A DNA stretch of 64,000 bases from an uncultured Candidatus Saccharibacteria bacterium (GCA_964633325.1 CAZWFS010000002.1:25657-89656); one strand, 5' to 3'; counted from the first letter of the stretch, positions 25,880-35,465 are shown. The notes: generated from the letters alone by a model not told the origin. Numbers and translations are program-made.

Positions 25880-26320
25880 CTATAAATTAATAATGAATTT
25901 TTGAATTTCTGGTAGTTTCTGCTCGAAGAATAACTTATCTTTGGGGTGAGTCAGCAAACTAGCTACCTTTTCTGGACCAACCCAGCGGATTTCTGTGTGT
26001 CGTGGGTCAATAGGATTAAATTCTATCTCATCTGTGGTATATAAAAATAGGGTGATGGCTTTTAGCAGGGTTTTATCCTCGCCGATGCCACCCTTGCCTA
26101 TTCTGTGCCGCCTGTAAGTGCCCAACCCTTTAATAAACGTCAGCTGGCTTACTCCACTCTCTTCATATATTTCCCGCTCCGCCGCCTGCAGAGCCGTCTC
26201 ACCCGGATCTACATGGCCTTTAGGCAACGACCAAGAAACGCCATCCTGGTTCACCACCAGCACCCGTCCATCTCTACTCAACACTACCCCACCCGCACTA
26301 TGAGAAATATCATCGACCAT
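25880..26320 (-). CDS. NUDIX hydrolase
   Basis: Nudix box GHVDPGETALQAAEREIYEESG. Confidence 0.8.
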   Translation of the reverse strand: MVDDISHSAGGVVLSRDGRVLVVNQDGVSWSLPKGHVDPGETALQAAEREIYEESGVSQLTFIKGLGTYRRHRIGKGGIGEDKTLLKAITLFLYTTDEIEFNPIDPRHTEIRWVGPEKVASLLTHPKDKLFFEQKLPEIQKFIINL

Positions 26321-26983
26321 CTAAACCTCTTGCAGAATCGTTCTTAGATCTGTTATCAAATAATCGGCTTTTATGGGTTTATTTGTAGGGGTAACATGTG
26401 GGTGTGTATAAAAGTAGCTAACACCCCCAGTTACCTTTGCGAGCTCCATATCAGCTTGCGAATCACCTATACACACTACGACATCAAATTGCTTGCCTTG
26501 CATGTAACTTTCCAGCACTTCTTTTTTGGCACCTTTACGTTCATGGGTGTTAACGCCAAACATCTTGTCCTTCGGAAAGAATTTCTTCAATCCTACTGCG
26601 TTAATAAACCATTCAAGATCGGAGGGTCTAGAATTCGATAGCAAGATTTGGTCATGTTTGGCGCGCTTGATAGCTTTTAACACATCGACAGTATAATCAT
26701 TCGGCTTGATGTGCTTTTTTAGGACGTGTAAATTCTCTTCCGCATAATGGAAACAGGCCGCTTGTAGCGCCAGATGCTCCTCGCGACTAAGACGAGGCAA
26801 TAGGTATTCGAAGTACTCGTACCAGCGGCGTCCATACAAATTGCGGTTGTCGTCATCCGTAAAACTCTCCTTAAAGCCTTCCTGCTCCAATACCTTGTTC
26901 GAAATTTCCAACACCCCCAGTTCATTATCCTTCTCGAGCACACCATGAAAATCCCAGACAAACAGTTTCACGGATGTAATCAT
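26321..26983 (-). CDS. HAD-like hydrolase (atypical motif I)
   Basis: VWDFHGVL in place of DxDGxL, with GDSQAD later. Abuts the NUDIX gene with no gap. Confidence 0.5.
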   Translation of the reverse strand: MITSVKLFVWDFHGVLEKDNELGVLEISNKVLEQEGFKESFTDDDNRNLYGRRWYEYFEYLLPRLSREEHLALQAACFHYAEENLHVLKKHIKPNDYTVDVLKAIKRAKHDQILLSNSRPSDLEWFINAVGLKKFFPKDKMFGVNTHERKGAKKEVLESYMQGKQFDVVVCIGDSQADMELAKVTGGVSYFYTHPHVTPTNKPIKADYLITDLRTILQEV

Positions 26984-26995
26984 ACCAAAAGGGCT

Positions 26996-27244
26996 CTAAC
27001 CCTTACCCTTTTCAGTCTTTTTGCGCAGGCGTTTTTTCTTTGATTTATCTCGCATAAACTCGCCAAAGCCCGCTTGCGCTACATTTATAGCCGCGCCAGC
27101 CCCCAATACCGCCCCGCCCACCGGTACGATTACCGCTAGGCCGCCCAAGGCTAGCGCGCCCAAAATATTGAAATTCTTATAAAAACGCCAGCCACGCTCT
27201 GCTGTGCCTTCTTTGTCTGACCCGCTTTCCTTAGACCTCGCCAT
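26996..27244 (-). CDS. small membrane protein with a Lys-rich tail
   Basis: A Gly/Ala-rich TM hairpin and a KKKRLRKKTEKGKG tail. Confidence 0.4.
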   Translation of the reverse strand: MARSKESGSDKEGTAERGWRFYKNFNILGALALGGLAVIVPVGGAVLGAGAAINVAQAGFGEFMRDKSKKKRLRKKTEKGKG

Positions 27245-27335
27245 ATCCTTATTATATATGGGTAATCAGGAATATCGCTTCCGGGCTTGTTCTGCACGGA
27301 GTTTCGGAACACAATAAATATATGAGGAGTTATTT

Positions 27336-28112
27336 ATGAAGAAAAAAGTCGCCATAGTATTGTTACTTGTAGTAATCGTAGCTGCGGCTTATTTGTCTGG
27401 CACTAGAACAATGAATAAAAAGGAGGGTTCCTCCGGCGATAATTCGCAAGCCCAGACCGAAACGCCTGCCACACCAGCACCGGCTGCGGATATTGTCTTT
27501 GTGAATCCTAAAAAAGGCGCGCATTTTGAATCCAGCACTCCGTCACATGGCGCCACTTTGGCTGCCTCCCCTGCTGGCATAGTGATTGACTTCAATTTTG
27601 ATCTAGCCAGTAATTCCACTATAAAAATCGAGAAAGATGGCAGAGATTACGGCACCGGATCTACCACAATTGATAATAATAAGCTGGCTATGCGCCGAGG
27701 CATGGCCGCGGATGCGTCTGATGGTCTTTATACTGTCAACTATAACGGTTGCTGGCCCGATCGTTCATGCCATGATGGACACTTCCAGTTCGCCGTCAAC
27801 CGTCAGCTTCTAAGCGGCTACCAAGATTTGCGTAGCGAGAAGGACGTAACAATCCACCTTAGCCAAACCAAATTTCAGCCTATGAATATACGCCTAAGTA
27901 AAAATACCAAGGTTACCTGGGTAAATGATGACAGTGTGGAGCATTACGTTAATACTGATTCGCACCCTGCCCATACGCACACCCTTGGCTTGAATTCCCG
28001 AGCCCTGGCAAAAGGGTCCAGCTTTGCCTTTACTTTTGCGAACGCGGGAGCATACCCCTACCACTGCAGCGCCCATGCGAGCCAGATGACTGGCAGTATA
28101 GTGGTGGAATAG
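27336..28112 (+). CDS. secreted CopC-like / cupredoxin fusion protein
   Basis: Signal/TM segment, a CopC-like start (PKKGAHFESSTPSHGATL), and C-terminal blue-copper ligands (H...YPYHCSAHASQM). Confidence 0.65.
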   Translation: MKKKVAIVLLLVVIVAAAYLSGTRTMNKKEGSSGDNSQAQTETPATPAPAADIVFVNPKKGAHFESSTPSHGATLAASPAGIVIDFNFDLASNSTIKIEKDGRDYGTGSTTIDNNKLAMRRGMAADASDGLYTVNYNGCWPDRSCHDGHFQFAVNRQLLSGYQDLRSEKDVTIHLSQTKFQPMNIRLSKNTKVTWVNDDSVEHYVNTDSHPAHTHTLGLNSRALAKGSSFAFTFANAGAYPYHCSAHASQMTGSIVVE

Positions 28113-28182
28113 CCTAAATTTAGTTAGCACTTATTCCACAATGCTTATGGTAAACTTATAATTAATGAAGCGTACTGAATAG

Positions 28183-28809
28183 ATGAAAAAAGGTACTATA
28201 CCAATCTATATAGCCCTTGTTCTAAGTGTTGTCTTGATAGCGCCGCTTATCCTAGCGTCTTCTGTTTATGCCGCCTTACCTCCTGGCGCGCCCGCGCCTG
28301 GCAGCACCTTCGCGCAGCGGCTGGAGCAGCGCAAACAAGAGCAACAAGTGAAAATGGACAAAAAAGAAATGGACCGGCTAAGTGGGCGGTGCATAAACGT
28401 ACAAAGTTTAATTCGTCCTTTACAGCAAGCCACGGGCCAGACCGTTTCCAAGCGCACCAGCACCTATCAAAAGATTGACGCCAAGTTATGGGTGGTCATC
28501 GGTCAATTAAAACTGGCAGGCAAAGATACTTTTAAGCTAGAAAAGCAGCGTACTGAACTAGCCGGCAAGGCAGCAGCCTTCCAAACGGTTAGCGCGCAGT
28601 ACCAACAGACAATGGATGACATCCTGATTATTAACTGCCAAGCTGACATTGTAGGATTTAAGTCGCTTCTTGAGACCGTGCGGGCATACCACAATCAAGT
28701 ACGCACCGGTTCAGCTGATGTCCGGTCATTCGTTCTGGACACTATAAAACCCTCTTTGGCTGATTACGTAACGCAGTTGCAGCCTCAAGCAGAAACGGGA
28801 GGACAATAA
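28183..28809 (+). CDS. secreted hypothetical protein
   Basis: An N-terminal signal-like helix followed by a Q/K-rich, coiled-coil-like sequence. Confidence 0.5.
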   Translation: MKKGTIPIYIALVLSVVLIAPLILASSVYAALPPGAPAPGSTFAQRLEQRKQEQQVKMDKKEMDRLSGRCINVQSLIRPLQQATGQTVSKRTSTYQKIDAKLWVVIGQLKLAGKDTFKLEKQRTELAGKAAAFQTVSAQYQQTMDDILIINCQADIVGFKSLLETVRAYHNQVRTGSADVRSFVLDTIKPSLADYVTQLQPQAETGGQ

Positions 28810-28811
28810 AT

Positions 28812-29237
28812 ATGTATCCGGATCAGCAACAGCCAGGGCCCCCTCCGGGACCAGCAGCACCATATGGGGCACCGCAGCCTCCGGCCGACACGCCAGGGTA
28901 CGGTCCCAATCCCGAGCCTAATGGCGGGCCATCGGTCTACCCGGTAAAAAATCCACCAAAAAGCAAACGTAAACTCATCATAATAGTAGCGTCCGCTCTT
29001 GCTGCGCTTGTGATAATTGTCATTATCGTAGTAGTTGTGGCCGGTGGTAAAAAACCATCAACACCCGCCAAACCAGCGCAAGACCCCAATGAGAACAGCC
29101 AGTCCCAAGGCCCGCAACCTGCCACGTCCTTAGGGGTGGAGCAAATCAATAATTCCATCAGCCAGGACATCAGCGGGCTGAACGATGACCAAGACTATCC
29201 GCCGACCAAACTCGACGACAAAACATTGACGCTATAG
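28812..29237 (+). CDS. proline-rich single-pass membrane protein
   Basis: A P/G-rich N-terminus and one TM (LIIIVASALAALVIIVIIVVVVAG); starts 2 nt after the previous stop. Confidence 0.5.
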   Translation: MYPDQQQPGPPPGPAAPYGAPQPPADTPGYGPNPEPNGGPSVYPVKNPPKSKRKLIIIVASALAALVIIVIIVVVVAGGKKPSTPAKPAQDPNENSQSQGPQPATSLGVEQINNSISQDISGLNDDQDYPPTKLDDKTLTL

Positions 29238-29352
29238 AACCCATAAAAAATCTAGGTAGCATGACGGCTAGCGTGGAAAACCTCCTCCAATTATCTATGT
29301 CTTAAATCATTAGAATGAAGTATACTAATTCCGGATATAAAAAATAAAAATC

Positions 29353-31239
29353 ATGAAAAAATCCGTACGCTCAGCGCATAAGAATTCCAGCACTAAGTAT
29401 TTGGAAATTTTGCCATGGCTACTATACGTCCATTATTCTCATAATTATCCAGATAAAGCCGCGCACCGGCCAGTCCATCATATCCAGAAGCCAAAGATTA
29501 TACCAGCGGCCACGCTTCCCGCTCCGCCCCAGGGATTCCCCCTTGCCAGCTTGGTCAAACCACCCAAACCACCGCACCACAAGCGCACAGCACTAATCGT
29601 CTTCGCTTGCACCGTGTTGGTAGTCATTGTGCAACTAGCCTATCCGAATAATCGAGCCCTCCCATTCAGCCGGCTGGAGGCGAACGGCTTTGTAGGCTTT
29701 GATTCAGAGGAAGAAATCGCCCAGAAATTCCAGGATTTTGATACCCGAACTGTAACGGTGCACACCCACAATAAGATCCTGACTACCTCCTACGCAGACC
29801 TAGGTGTTACCCCCAGGCTGGAGGCCACATTTGGTTCGTTAAGCTCATACTCAAAAATGCAACGCATGATCCCTTTTTCCCTATTAGTGGTTGGCAACAA
29901 GACCTACTCCATACGCCGCGACCTTAACGAATCCCAGATTCAGTTATATGCCCGTGACGTCATAGCCGAGACCAACAAGCAGCCTAAAGACGCGGGCATT
30001 TCTATTGAGGACTCAAAGCTGGTGGTCTCGCCGTCCGAAGAAGGCTATGAGTACCAGGCATCTTACCTGAAATCCCAAGTGTTGAAGTCAGATTTGCAGG
30101 ACAAGGGTTCAATTGTTTTTGCGCCGACTATCTTGTCGCCAAAGATTACGACTGAAGCCGCCGAATATGCCGTCAGTAAAATGCAGCAACGCATAGATAC
30201 CCCCATCAACCTTAGGGCGGAAGACAAAAGCATGACGATCGAGTCCAAGACTATCGCCGGATGGGTAGAAATTGCACCAAAGGTTCAAGACGGCGGCATT
30301 GAACTGACGTTCAACAAAGCAAAAGTTAGCGATTCGCTCCGACCTTTCGCAACTCAAGTGGATGCCCGCTCCATCCCTACGGTTATTACATTGTTGAATG
30401 GGATGGAAGCCGGCCGGGCCATTGGTACCCAGGACAAGGTATTGCAATTCGATGAGCTAGTAGACAAGGTATCCGAGTTATCAAATTATCCATTAGTAGA
30501 AACTGTAGAAGCCAAGGTTACGACAACTCCACCCAAAGACACGACCGTGCGACGCTACACTAGGGACAGCACAGGCATGCAGAACCTACTCAATTATTGG
30601 TCACAGAACCACAAAGGCCAATACAGCGTTGATTTTAGGACGCAAAATGGGCGGATAGAGGCGAACATCAACCCCTATCGAAGCTTCCCTGCCATCGGCA
30701 TTTATAGGTTATTCCTGGCCCATACCGTTTATGGGCGAATAAACGCCCGGACCTTGAGCGGTGGCAGCCGGACGACTGCCGGCTATAACGTTGATTCGTG
30801 CTTGAATGAAATGATGCTGAATTCTAACGAGGCCTGTTCGGCGGCACTGGGTGACATAGTTGGCTGGAGCACCAACGACGACATGCTGCGCGCCCAAGGC
30901 TTCGAAAACACCACCCTTCTGCGCGGCGCCCCTATCACGACGGCCAATGACACCTCCGATTGGCTGTTGAAACTATTAGAAGGCAGCATCGCCACCGGAT
31001 CCCAGTCCGTGAACCTAGCCGATATGATGAAAAGGCAGGTATCACGCGCCGGCATCCCGGCCGGCTCACGTAACATCCCGGTTGCCAACAAGCCCGGTGC
31101 CTACGGCGGCTGGGTCCACGACGCTGGCATCGTTTACCACCCCAAGAGCACCTATGTCCTATCCATATTCTCCGCTGGTGGTAGTTACACAGATATTGCT
31201 GACCTTACTTCTGAAATAAACAAGGTAATTAGTGAATAG
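29353..31239 (+). CDS. membrane-anchored protein with a C-terminal class-A beta-lactamase/PBP-like domain (possibly non-catalytic)
   Basis: SDN-like NSNEA and KTG-like NKPG motifs. The expected SxxK position reads GIYR. Confidence 0.45.
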   Translation: MKKSVRSAHKNSSTKYLEILPWLLYVHYSHNYPDKAAHRPVHHIQKPKIIPAATLPAPPQGFPLASLVKPPKPPHHKRTALIVFACTVLVVIVQLAYPNNRALPFSRLEANGFVGFDSEEEIAQKFQDFDTRTVTVHTHNKILTTSYADLGVTPRLEATFGSLSSYSKMQRMIPFSLLVVGNKTYSIRRDLNESQIQLYARDVIAETNKQPKDAGISIEDSKLVVSPSEEGYEYQASYLKSQVLKSDLQDKGSIVFAPTILSPKITTEAAEYAVSKMQQRIDTPINLRAEDKSMTIESKTIAGWVEIAPKVQDGGIELTFNKAKVSDSLRPFATQVDARSIPTVITLLNGMEAGRAIGTQDKVLQFDELVDKVSELSNYPLVETVEAKVTTTPPKDTTVRRYTRDSTGMQNLLNYWSQNHKGQYSVDFRTQNGRIEANINPYRSFPAIGIYRLFLAHTVYGRINARTLSGGSRTTAGYNVDSCLNEMMLNSNEACSAALGDIVGWSTNDDMLRAQGFENTTLLRGAPITTANDTSDWLLKLLEGSIATGSQSVNLADMMKRQVSRAGIPAGSRNIPVANKPGAYGGWVHDAGIVYHPKSTYVLSIFSAGGSYTDIADLTSEINKVISE

Positions 31240-31273
31240 TTTGACTGTATAGAGTTCTTGTCAGATTAATCAG

Positions 31274-31909
31274 CTAAAAGGCGTCCATCACCACGACATT
31301 GGCTGTACTAAGCGGCTCTTCTAAAACACCCCGTCTATTATCAATGACCCGCCTAGTGAGAGCCTCCAGACCCGGGGATACCCTGACGCCCGTCTTATCG
31401 ACAGGCTTAAGTTCACTGCGATAATTAACTACTGTGCTATCCACCGGATCCCCGCGTTTTTTGGCCCCCAAGGCGAACAACCGTAGTCTTACACCTATGT
31501 CCTCAAGGCCCATCAAATGAGCTGCCCGCCCACGTTCTCTGGCTACCTCGTCAGGCGTGTTGACAACATTAACCAGCATGATTTCCTTGCCGTTCATGAA
31601 TTCGGCATAACGACCCACCCGTTCCATTAGTTCCCGAGGAGCAGTTCGTTCGTAGTCCGGCAACTCAAGTCCGCTTTTTACCGTAATCTCAAAAGTCTCC
31701 GGGTTGAACTCCGTCTCGTATGAGCCCAGGGCCTCTTCTTCAGACTCAATAACATCAACCAGGAGAGGATATAATGCGACGGCGCCAAACAATCCTAGAA
31801 TCTCATCATAGCCTTGCTCCAGCCTTAACGCTGGTTGAGCGACGAATAGTTCATCAGGTGCACGAACTTCAACTCCAAGGGAAAGATCAGTATATGTTTG
31901 TATTGCCAT
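31274..31909 (-). CDS. hypothetical acidic protein
   Basis: ORF; TTGACA-17-GATACT lies upstream. Confidence 0.5.
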   Translation of the reverse strand: MAIQTYTDLSLGVEVRAPDELFVAQPALRLEQGYDEILGLFGAVALYPLLVDVIESEEEALGSYETEFNPETFEITVKSGLELPDYERTAPRELMERVGRYAEFMNGKEIMLVNVVNTPDEVARERGRAAHLMGLEDIGVRLRLFALGAKKRGDPVDSTVVNYRSELKPVDKTGVRVSPGLEALTRRVIDNRRGVLEEPLSTANVVVMDAF

Positions 31910-32132
31910 TTTAGTTTGCAGCTATACGCTAATGTTTATGCAATGAGTATCCGCCCACTATGTATAATTGTCAACACCAACTTTGTGGGGGTAGTTTTCA
32001 AGTCGGATTTCCGAACAGCATTTATATGTGCTTGGGGGCACAGTTACACTAGTCAGTCTGCTTATCTTCTGGCGGTTTAGTCGCAGTACCCTCATCAATA
32101 CCGTCCACTGCCTCTTGAACAAATTTCATATC

Positions 32133-32288
32133 TCACAACGTATCTGGCACATCTTCAAGGATACCCCTTATCCTATTACGTCTGGTCTCAGCCGCTCGTA
32201 GGGCGGCCTCTTCCTTGTCTGTCAGATTTACCTCCTGTGGTACTCCATGCCCCATGCCACGGTTTAGACCGTCATGTGCTTCGTCCAT
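32133..32288 (-). CDS. possible 51-aa small ORF (below the track cutoff)
   Basis: Hand-translated as MDEAHDGLNRGMGHGVPQEV...EDVPDTL. No other support. Confidence 0.2.
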   Translation of the reverse strand: MDEAHDGLNRGMGHGVPQEVNLTDKEEAALRAAETRRNRIRGILEDVPDTL

Positions 32289-32381
32289 GGATTATATTTT
32301 CTAACTATTATTGGAGTTTTGCAAGCAGCAGTGGTATGGGAATATATCAATGACAAGCTTTGGCTTTACGTAATGGAACTA

Positions 32382-32735
32382 TTATATTTCTGTGGGGGTA
32401 AGTAAATGTTCGAGGGCAACTGTAGCAAGTTCGTTTTGTGGGCTAAGAGCTTGTAATCTAGATGCGATCAAGTCAACTGTCACTGATTCGGCGGGACCGG
32501 TAGAGTAGAAATGGTTTGGATCAAGATCATGATTAGCTCTTAAAGCTTCTATGGTCACATTCCGATGTCCCGGCTGCCGGGTAGCAGTCACAATTTGTGG
32601 CGGCTGAACGTCATCTCTCAGGACCCGTAGTACAAAACCAGAGCCTCGTGAACTAGTAAGTTCACGAAAGGTCAGGCCCTCTTGCCACACTTTATTTATC
32701 GCTGAATGATTTCTTGACGTGAAGATACGATACAA
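32382..32735 (-). CDS. hypothetical protein
   Basis: ORF only. Confidence 0.45.
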   Translation of the reverse strand: MYRIFTSRNHSAINKVWQEGLTFRELTSSRGSGFVLRVLRDDVQPPQIVTATRQPGHRNVTIEALRANHDLDPNHFYSTGPAESVTVDLIASRLQALSPQNELATVALEHLLTPTEI

Positions 32736-32786
32736 TAGTTATGAAAGTATGTCTAGTTGTCGAGCCGTAACTTTGGAGGTTTGGGA

Positions 32787-33221
32787 CTATTTTTGCTGTA
32801 GTGCTTCAACGAAGTGCTCGACTTCGTTAAGCCTTGAGTCAAAGTAAGGGTCACCGCCGTCATGAGCTACACTTGCTTGCTGAGCACGCAGAAGCCCCAT
32901 TTCTATATAACCAGACATAGTAAGTACAGTTCGAGTGATTTCGGGATTTGCCCTCCAATGTTCCGGGAGTGCTTCGTGACCAGCAGCAAACATTCCAGCG
33001 AGCACTGTAGTAGATTCGCTTCCTATAGTGTTCAAATCTATACATACACCAAGCGCATCTCTCTCTGGATAGTGTGTGCGAGTTATTTCTGCCGCCCATT
33101 CCATATCTGCTGGGCTCTGTTCGCCAGTACGTGTCAAATGGTCGGCAATTACAGCAATTGGGTCATTTTTATACCCAGCTTCACCTACTAATGGGTCTTG
33201 CGAAGGATCTTTATCTGTCAT
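32787..33221 (-). CDS. hypothetical protein (apparently leaderless)
   Basis: Start set at MTDKD. TATGAT lies 6 nt upstream and TTGACT 17 nt further. Confidence 0.5.
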   Translation of the reverse strand: MTDKDPSQDPLVGEAGYKNDPIAVIADHLTRTGEQSPADMEWAAEITRTHYPERDALGVCIDLNTIGSESTTVLAGMFAAGHEALPEHWRANPEITRTVLTMSGYIEMGLLRAQQASVAHDGGDPYFDSRLNEVEHFVEALQQK

Positions 33222-33227
33222 AAGTAC

Positions 33228-33256
33228 ATCATAGCACAATAATGATACTTAGTCAA
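33228..33256 (-). promoter_or_regulatory. promoter TTGACT-17-TATGAT abutting repeat A
   Basis: Read directly; the -10 is 6 nt from the ATG. Confidence 0.5.
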
Positions 33257-33259
33257 TGC

Positions 33260-33385
33260 GGCGGGCTTGACCGGATTAGTGGACTGCGTCCTTTATCCAT
33301 TCCGGCGTGCTCGGTGCGAGCACCTGCGCGCATCCTCATTCCACGAACCGGCGCCCTTGCGGGCTATGCCGGTTCCAAGTCGCAA
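33260..33385. repeat. repeat A: ~125-nt structured repeat beginning with a tRNA-Asp 3'-end copy
   Basis: Roughly 90% identical by eye to 34526-34647. 33260-33277 matches the tRNA-Asp 3' end at 17 of 18 positions. Confidence 0.85.
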
Positions 33386-33486
33386 GCCGTTACTTTACAA
33401 GCATGAAACTATTTTGTAGAAACACAATCAACAAAACTGCAACTTATCTTTTCTAAGCACGTCGTCAGAGCTTAATCAGCTTCTGG

Positions 33487-34332
33487 CTATTCGCCCGCTG
33501 GTTGTGGGAGTTCAAAATCTTGGTAACGTAGGAACATATGGGCTTCGGTTTGGCGAAGTTTTTTTAGACCGTCAGCAGTTTGAGCAAAGAGGTAATTTCT
33601 TTCTGGTTTGGCAAACTGATAGTTTGGCTTGCTGCTTTGGTCTACTTGTAGGGCAGCCAATGACATGGTCAGACTAGCTTTAGCTCCGTCAAAACCAGCT
33701 TCTTTAGGATTAAAGCCAGGTACCCGTTCTGCATAGGTTTCAACTAATCCTAAAGCCGTCCTGAGTTGGTCAGCGCTACCCCATCTATTTAACTTGTATT
33801 GACCGTCAGCTACAAGTAGCCGGATGGTCTTGGTAGCTTTCGCCAGTACAGCAGGATTTTGTAGTTCGCCTGTATCAACTAATCCATCAAGCTCGCCACC
33901 CACATTAAAATCAACTACATCAGGCCCTGCCTGTACACGCTCAGGTTCAGTCGTACCGCGCATATCTAATGTTACGCTGGTCACGACTTTATCAAAGACA
34001 TCTTTTTCTTCTTCTGGCTTGGCTACATTAGGGGCTTCTTCTGCTAAGATTTCCTTAACTTCACCGTAAGAACGGCGTGCTTCTTGCTTTTTTACAGCTT
34101 CCCATACATTAACTCGCTCGGCTTCACGGTGTCCACCAACTGCTTTTACAATTACTTCCCGTTGAGAACTTAAATTAGCAGTAGTTTGTTCCTGTAAGGC
34201 ACCTTCAAGGAACCCAACCTTTTGCTCATAAAGCTTATCGTCAACGGGTGGCGTAACATTACCGCCAAGCACAGAGGGGTCAGTAGCGGGTGCTTCTTGT
34301 GGAGTTGGATTAGGGGGTAGTGGTTCGCTCAT
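33487..34332 (-). CDS. hypothetical acidic protein
   Basis: A 281-aa ORF with a promoter upstream. Confidence 0.55.
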   Translation of the reverse strand: MSEPLPPNPTPQEAPATDPSVLGGNVTPPVDDKLYEQKVGFLEGALQEQTTANLSSQREVIVKAVGGHREAERVNVWEAVKKQEARRSYGEVKEILAEEAPNVAKPEEEKDVFDKVVTSVTLDMRGTTEPERVQAGPDVVDFNVGGELDGLVDTGELQNPAVLAKATKTIRLLVADGQYKLNRWGSADQLRTALGLVETYAERVPGFNPKEAGFDGAKASLTMSLAALQVDQSSKPNYQFAKPERNYLFAQTADGLKKLRQTEAHMFLRYQDFELPQPAGE

Positions 34333-34379
34333 TGCTTTCTTGTTCCTATATTATTTTTGATTTTTATTAACCTACATGC

Positions 34380-34408
34380 ATACTAGCATTAGCTTGATGA
34401 ATTGTCAA
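34380..34408 (-). promoter_or_regulatory. promoter TTGACA-17-TAGTAT
   Basis: Read directly, ~45 nt upstream of the 34332 start. Confidence 0.5.
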
Positions 34409-34525
34409 GTATACGTAATGGTTCAATAGCTTGGAATCATCCGCAAAGGAGTCCAAGCTATGGACATGAGCTGTCCCAAGAACCCCAACCTATAAGTCCC
34501 CGGGCGTAAAAATCTGAGGTGTTAT

Positions 34526-34647
34526 CGGGCTCGAACGGATTAGCGGACTCCGTCCTTTATCCATTCCGGCGTGCTCGGTGCGAGCACCTGCGCGCATCCT
34601 CATTCCACGAACCGGCGCCCATGCGGGCTATGCCGGCTCTAATCGCA
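34526..34647. repeat. repeat B: second copy of the ~125-nt repeat
   Basis: Aligns with 33260-33385. 34526-34541 matches the tRNA-Asp 3' end at 15 of 16 positions. Confidence 0.85.
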
Positions 34648-34738
34648 GACAAGTTTACCCAAAGTAAAAGCCCTATCACTAGGATAGGACATTTACTTTG
34701 GCGGACTGTTGCGGAACAGGTATGGAACTATTTTGTTG

Positions 34739-35239
34739 TTAGCTCTGAGGTGCTTGACTTACAGACGATTGAACGTCAGAAGTTAACTGTTCTTGCATAG
34801 TTCGCATTGCGACAATATCCTCAACTACGGCCTGCATATCTCGCAAACTATACTCCCCACCAGCGAGTGGGTTATCAAAGGACCCTAACTCTTTGGGTTC
34901 CTGCTCTGGAGTATCGGAGTTTATGCTTGTTACGATAATCGTAGCGTCCTCATTGCTCGTGAACTGACCCATATCCAGAACTTCTGCTTTTATATGTACG
35001 CTCATCTCAGGCACAGTAAGCTCTTTAGGAGGACGAGAGCTGAGTGCGGCCATGGGGACGGATTTTGGCGTGGCGTCTTGCGCTAAGGGGTGCGTCAAGA
35101 TTACATTAGCACGGCCTTTGACGGCGTCTGCACGAGCTTTGGTAAGCTGTTTTTTACCCATTACTTCTAAGCTGTCACGCAAATCCTTAAAAGGATCACG
35201 GTCTGGATTTTCACTTGGACTTTCATGTGTTTGAGTCAT
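34739..35239 (-). CDS. hypothetical acidic protein (apparently leaderless)
   Basis: TAACAT lies 6 nt upstream of the ATG. Confidence 0.5.
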   Translation of the reverse strand: MTQTHESPSENPDRDPFKDLRDSLEVMGKKQLTKARADAVKGRANVILTHPLAQDATPKSVPMAALSSRPPKELTVPEMSVHIKAEVLDMGQFTSNEDATIIVTSINSDTPEQEPKELGSFDNPLAGGEYSLRDMQAVVEDIVAMRTMQEQLTSDVQSSVSQAPQS

Positions 35240-35245
35240 GAATAC

Positions 35246-35274
35246 ATGTTATCATAATATGATAATCTTGTCAA
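35246..35274 (-). promoter_or_regulatory. promoter TTGACA-17-TAACAT abutting the tRNA-Asp 3' fragment
   Basis: Read directly. Confidence 0.5.
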
Positions 35275-35276
35275 CT

Positions 35277-35294
35277 TGGCGGGCTCGACCGGAT
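35277..35294 (-). pseudogene. 18-nt exact copy of the tRNA-Asp 3' end (att-like)
   Basis: tggcgggctcgaccggat is identical to 35466-35483. Confidence 0.75.
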
Positions 35295-35465
35295 GTATAG
35301 CTTCTAGCCGGGTTGGCTATTTTACAAGTAAGGAGTGGCCAACTCGGTTTCGGCATATAATCTCGCTGACCGCTCGATTATGACCCGGCTTTCCCAGGTT
35401 CAAATCACGAGTTGAAACTCGTCCAGAAATAAAACAGCCATCCATAAGGACGGCTACTTTATTTC

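Noticed and set aside
33260-34647. Integron-like cassette array, with A and B as attC sites (comparable in size to ~120-bp chromosomal attC repeats).
   Set aside because: A and B do not form the end-to-end imperfect palindrome expected of attC. I found no GTTRRRY/RYYYAAC cores and no adjacent intI-type integrase. The tRNA-Asp 3'-end similarity explains them better.
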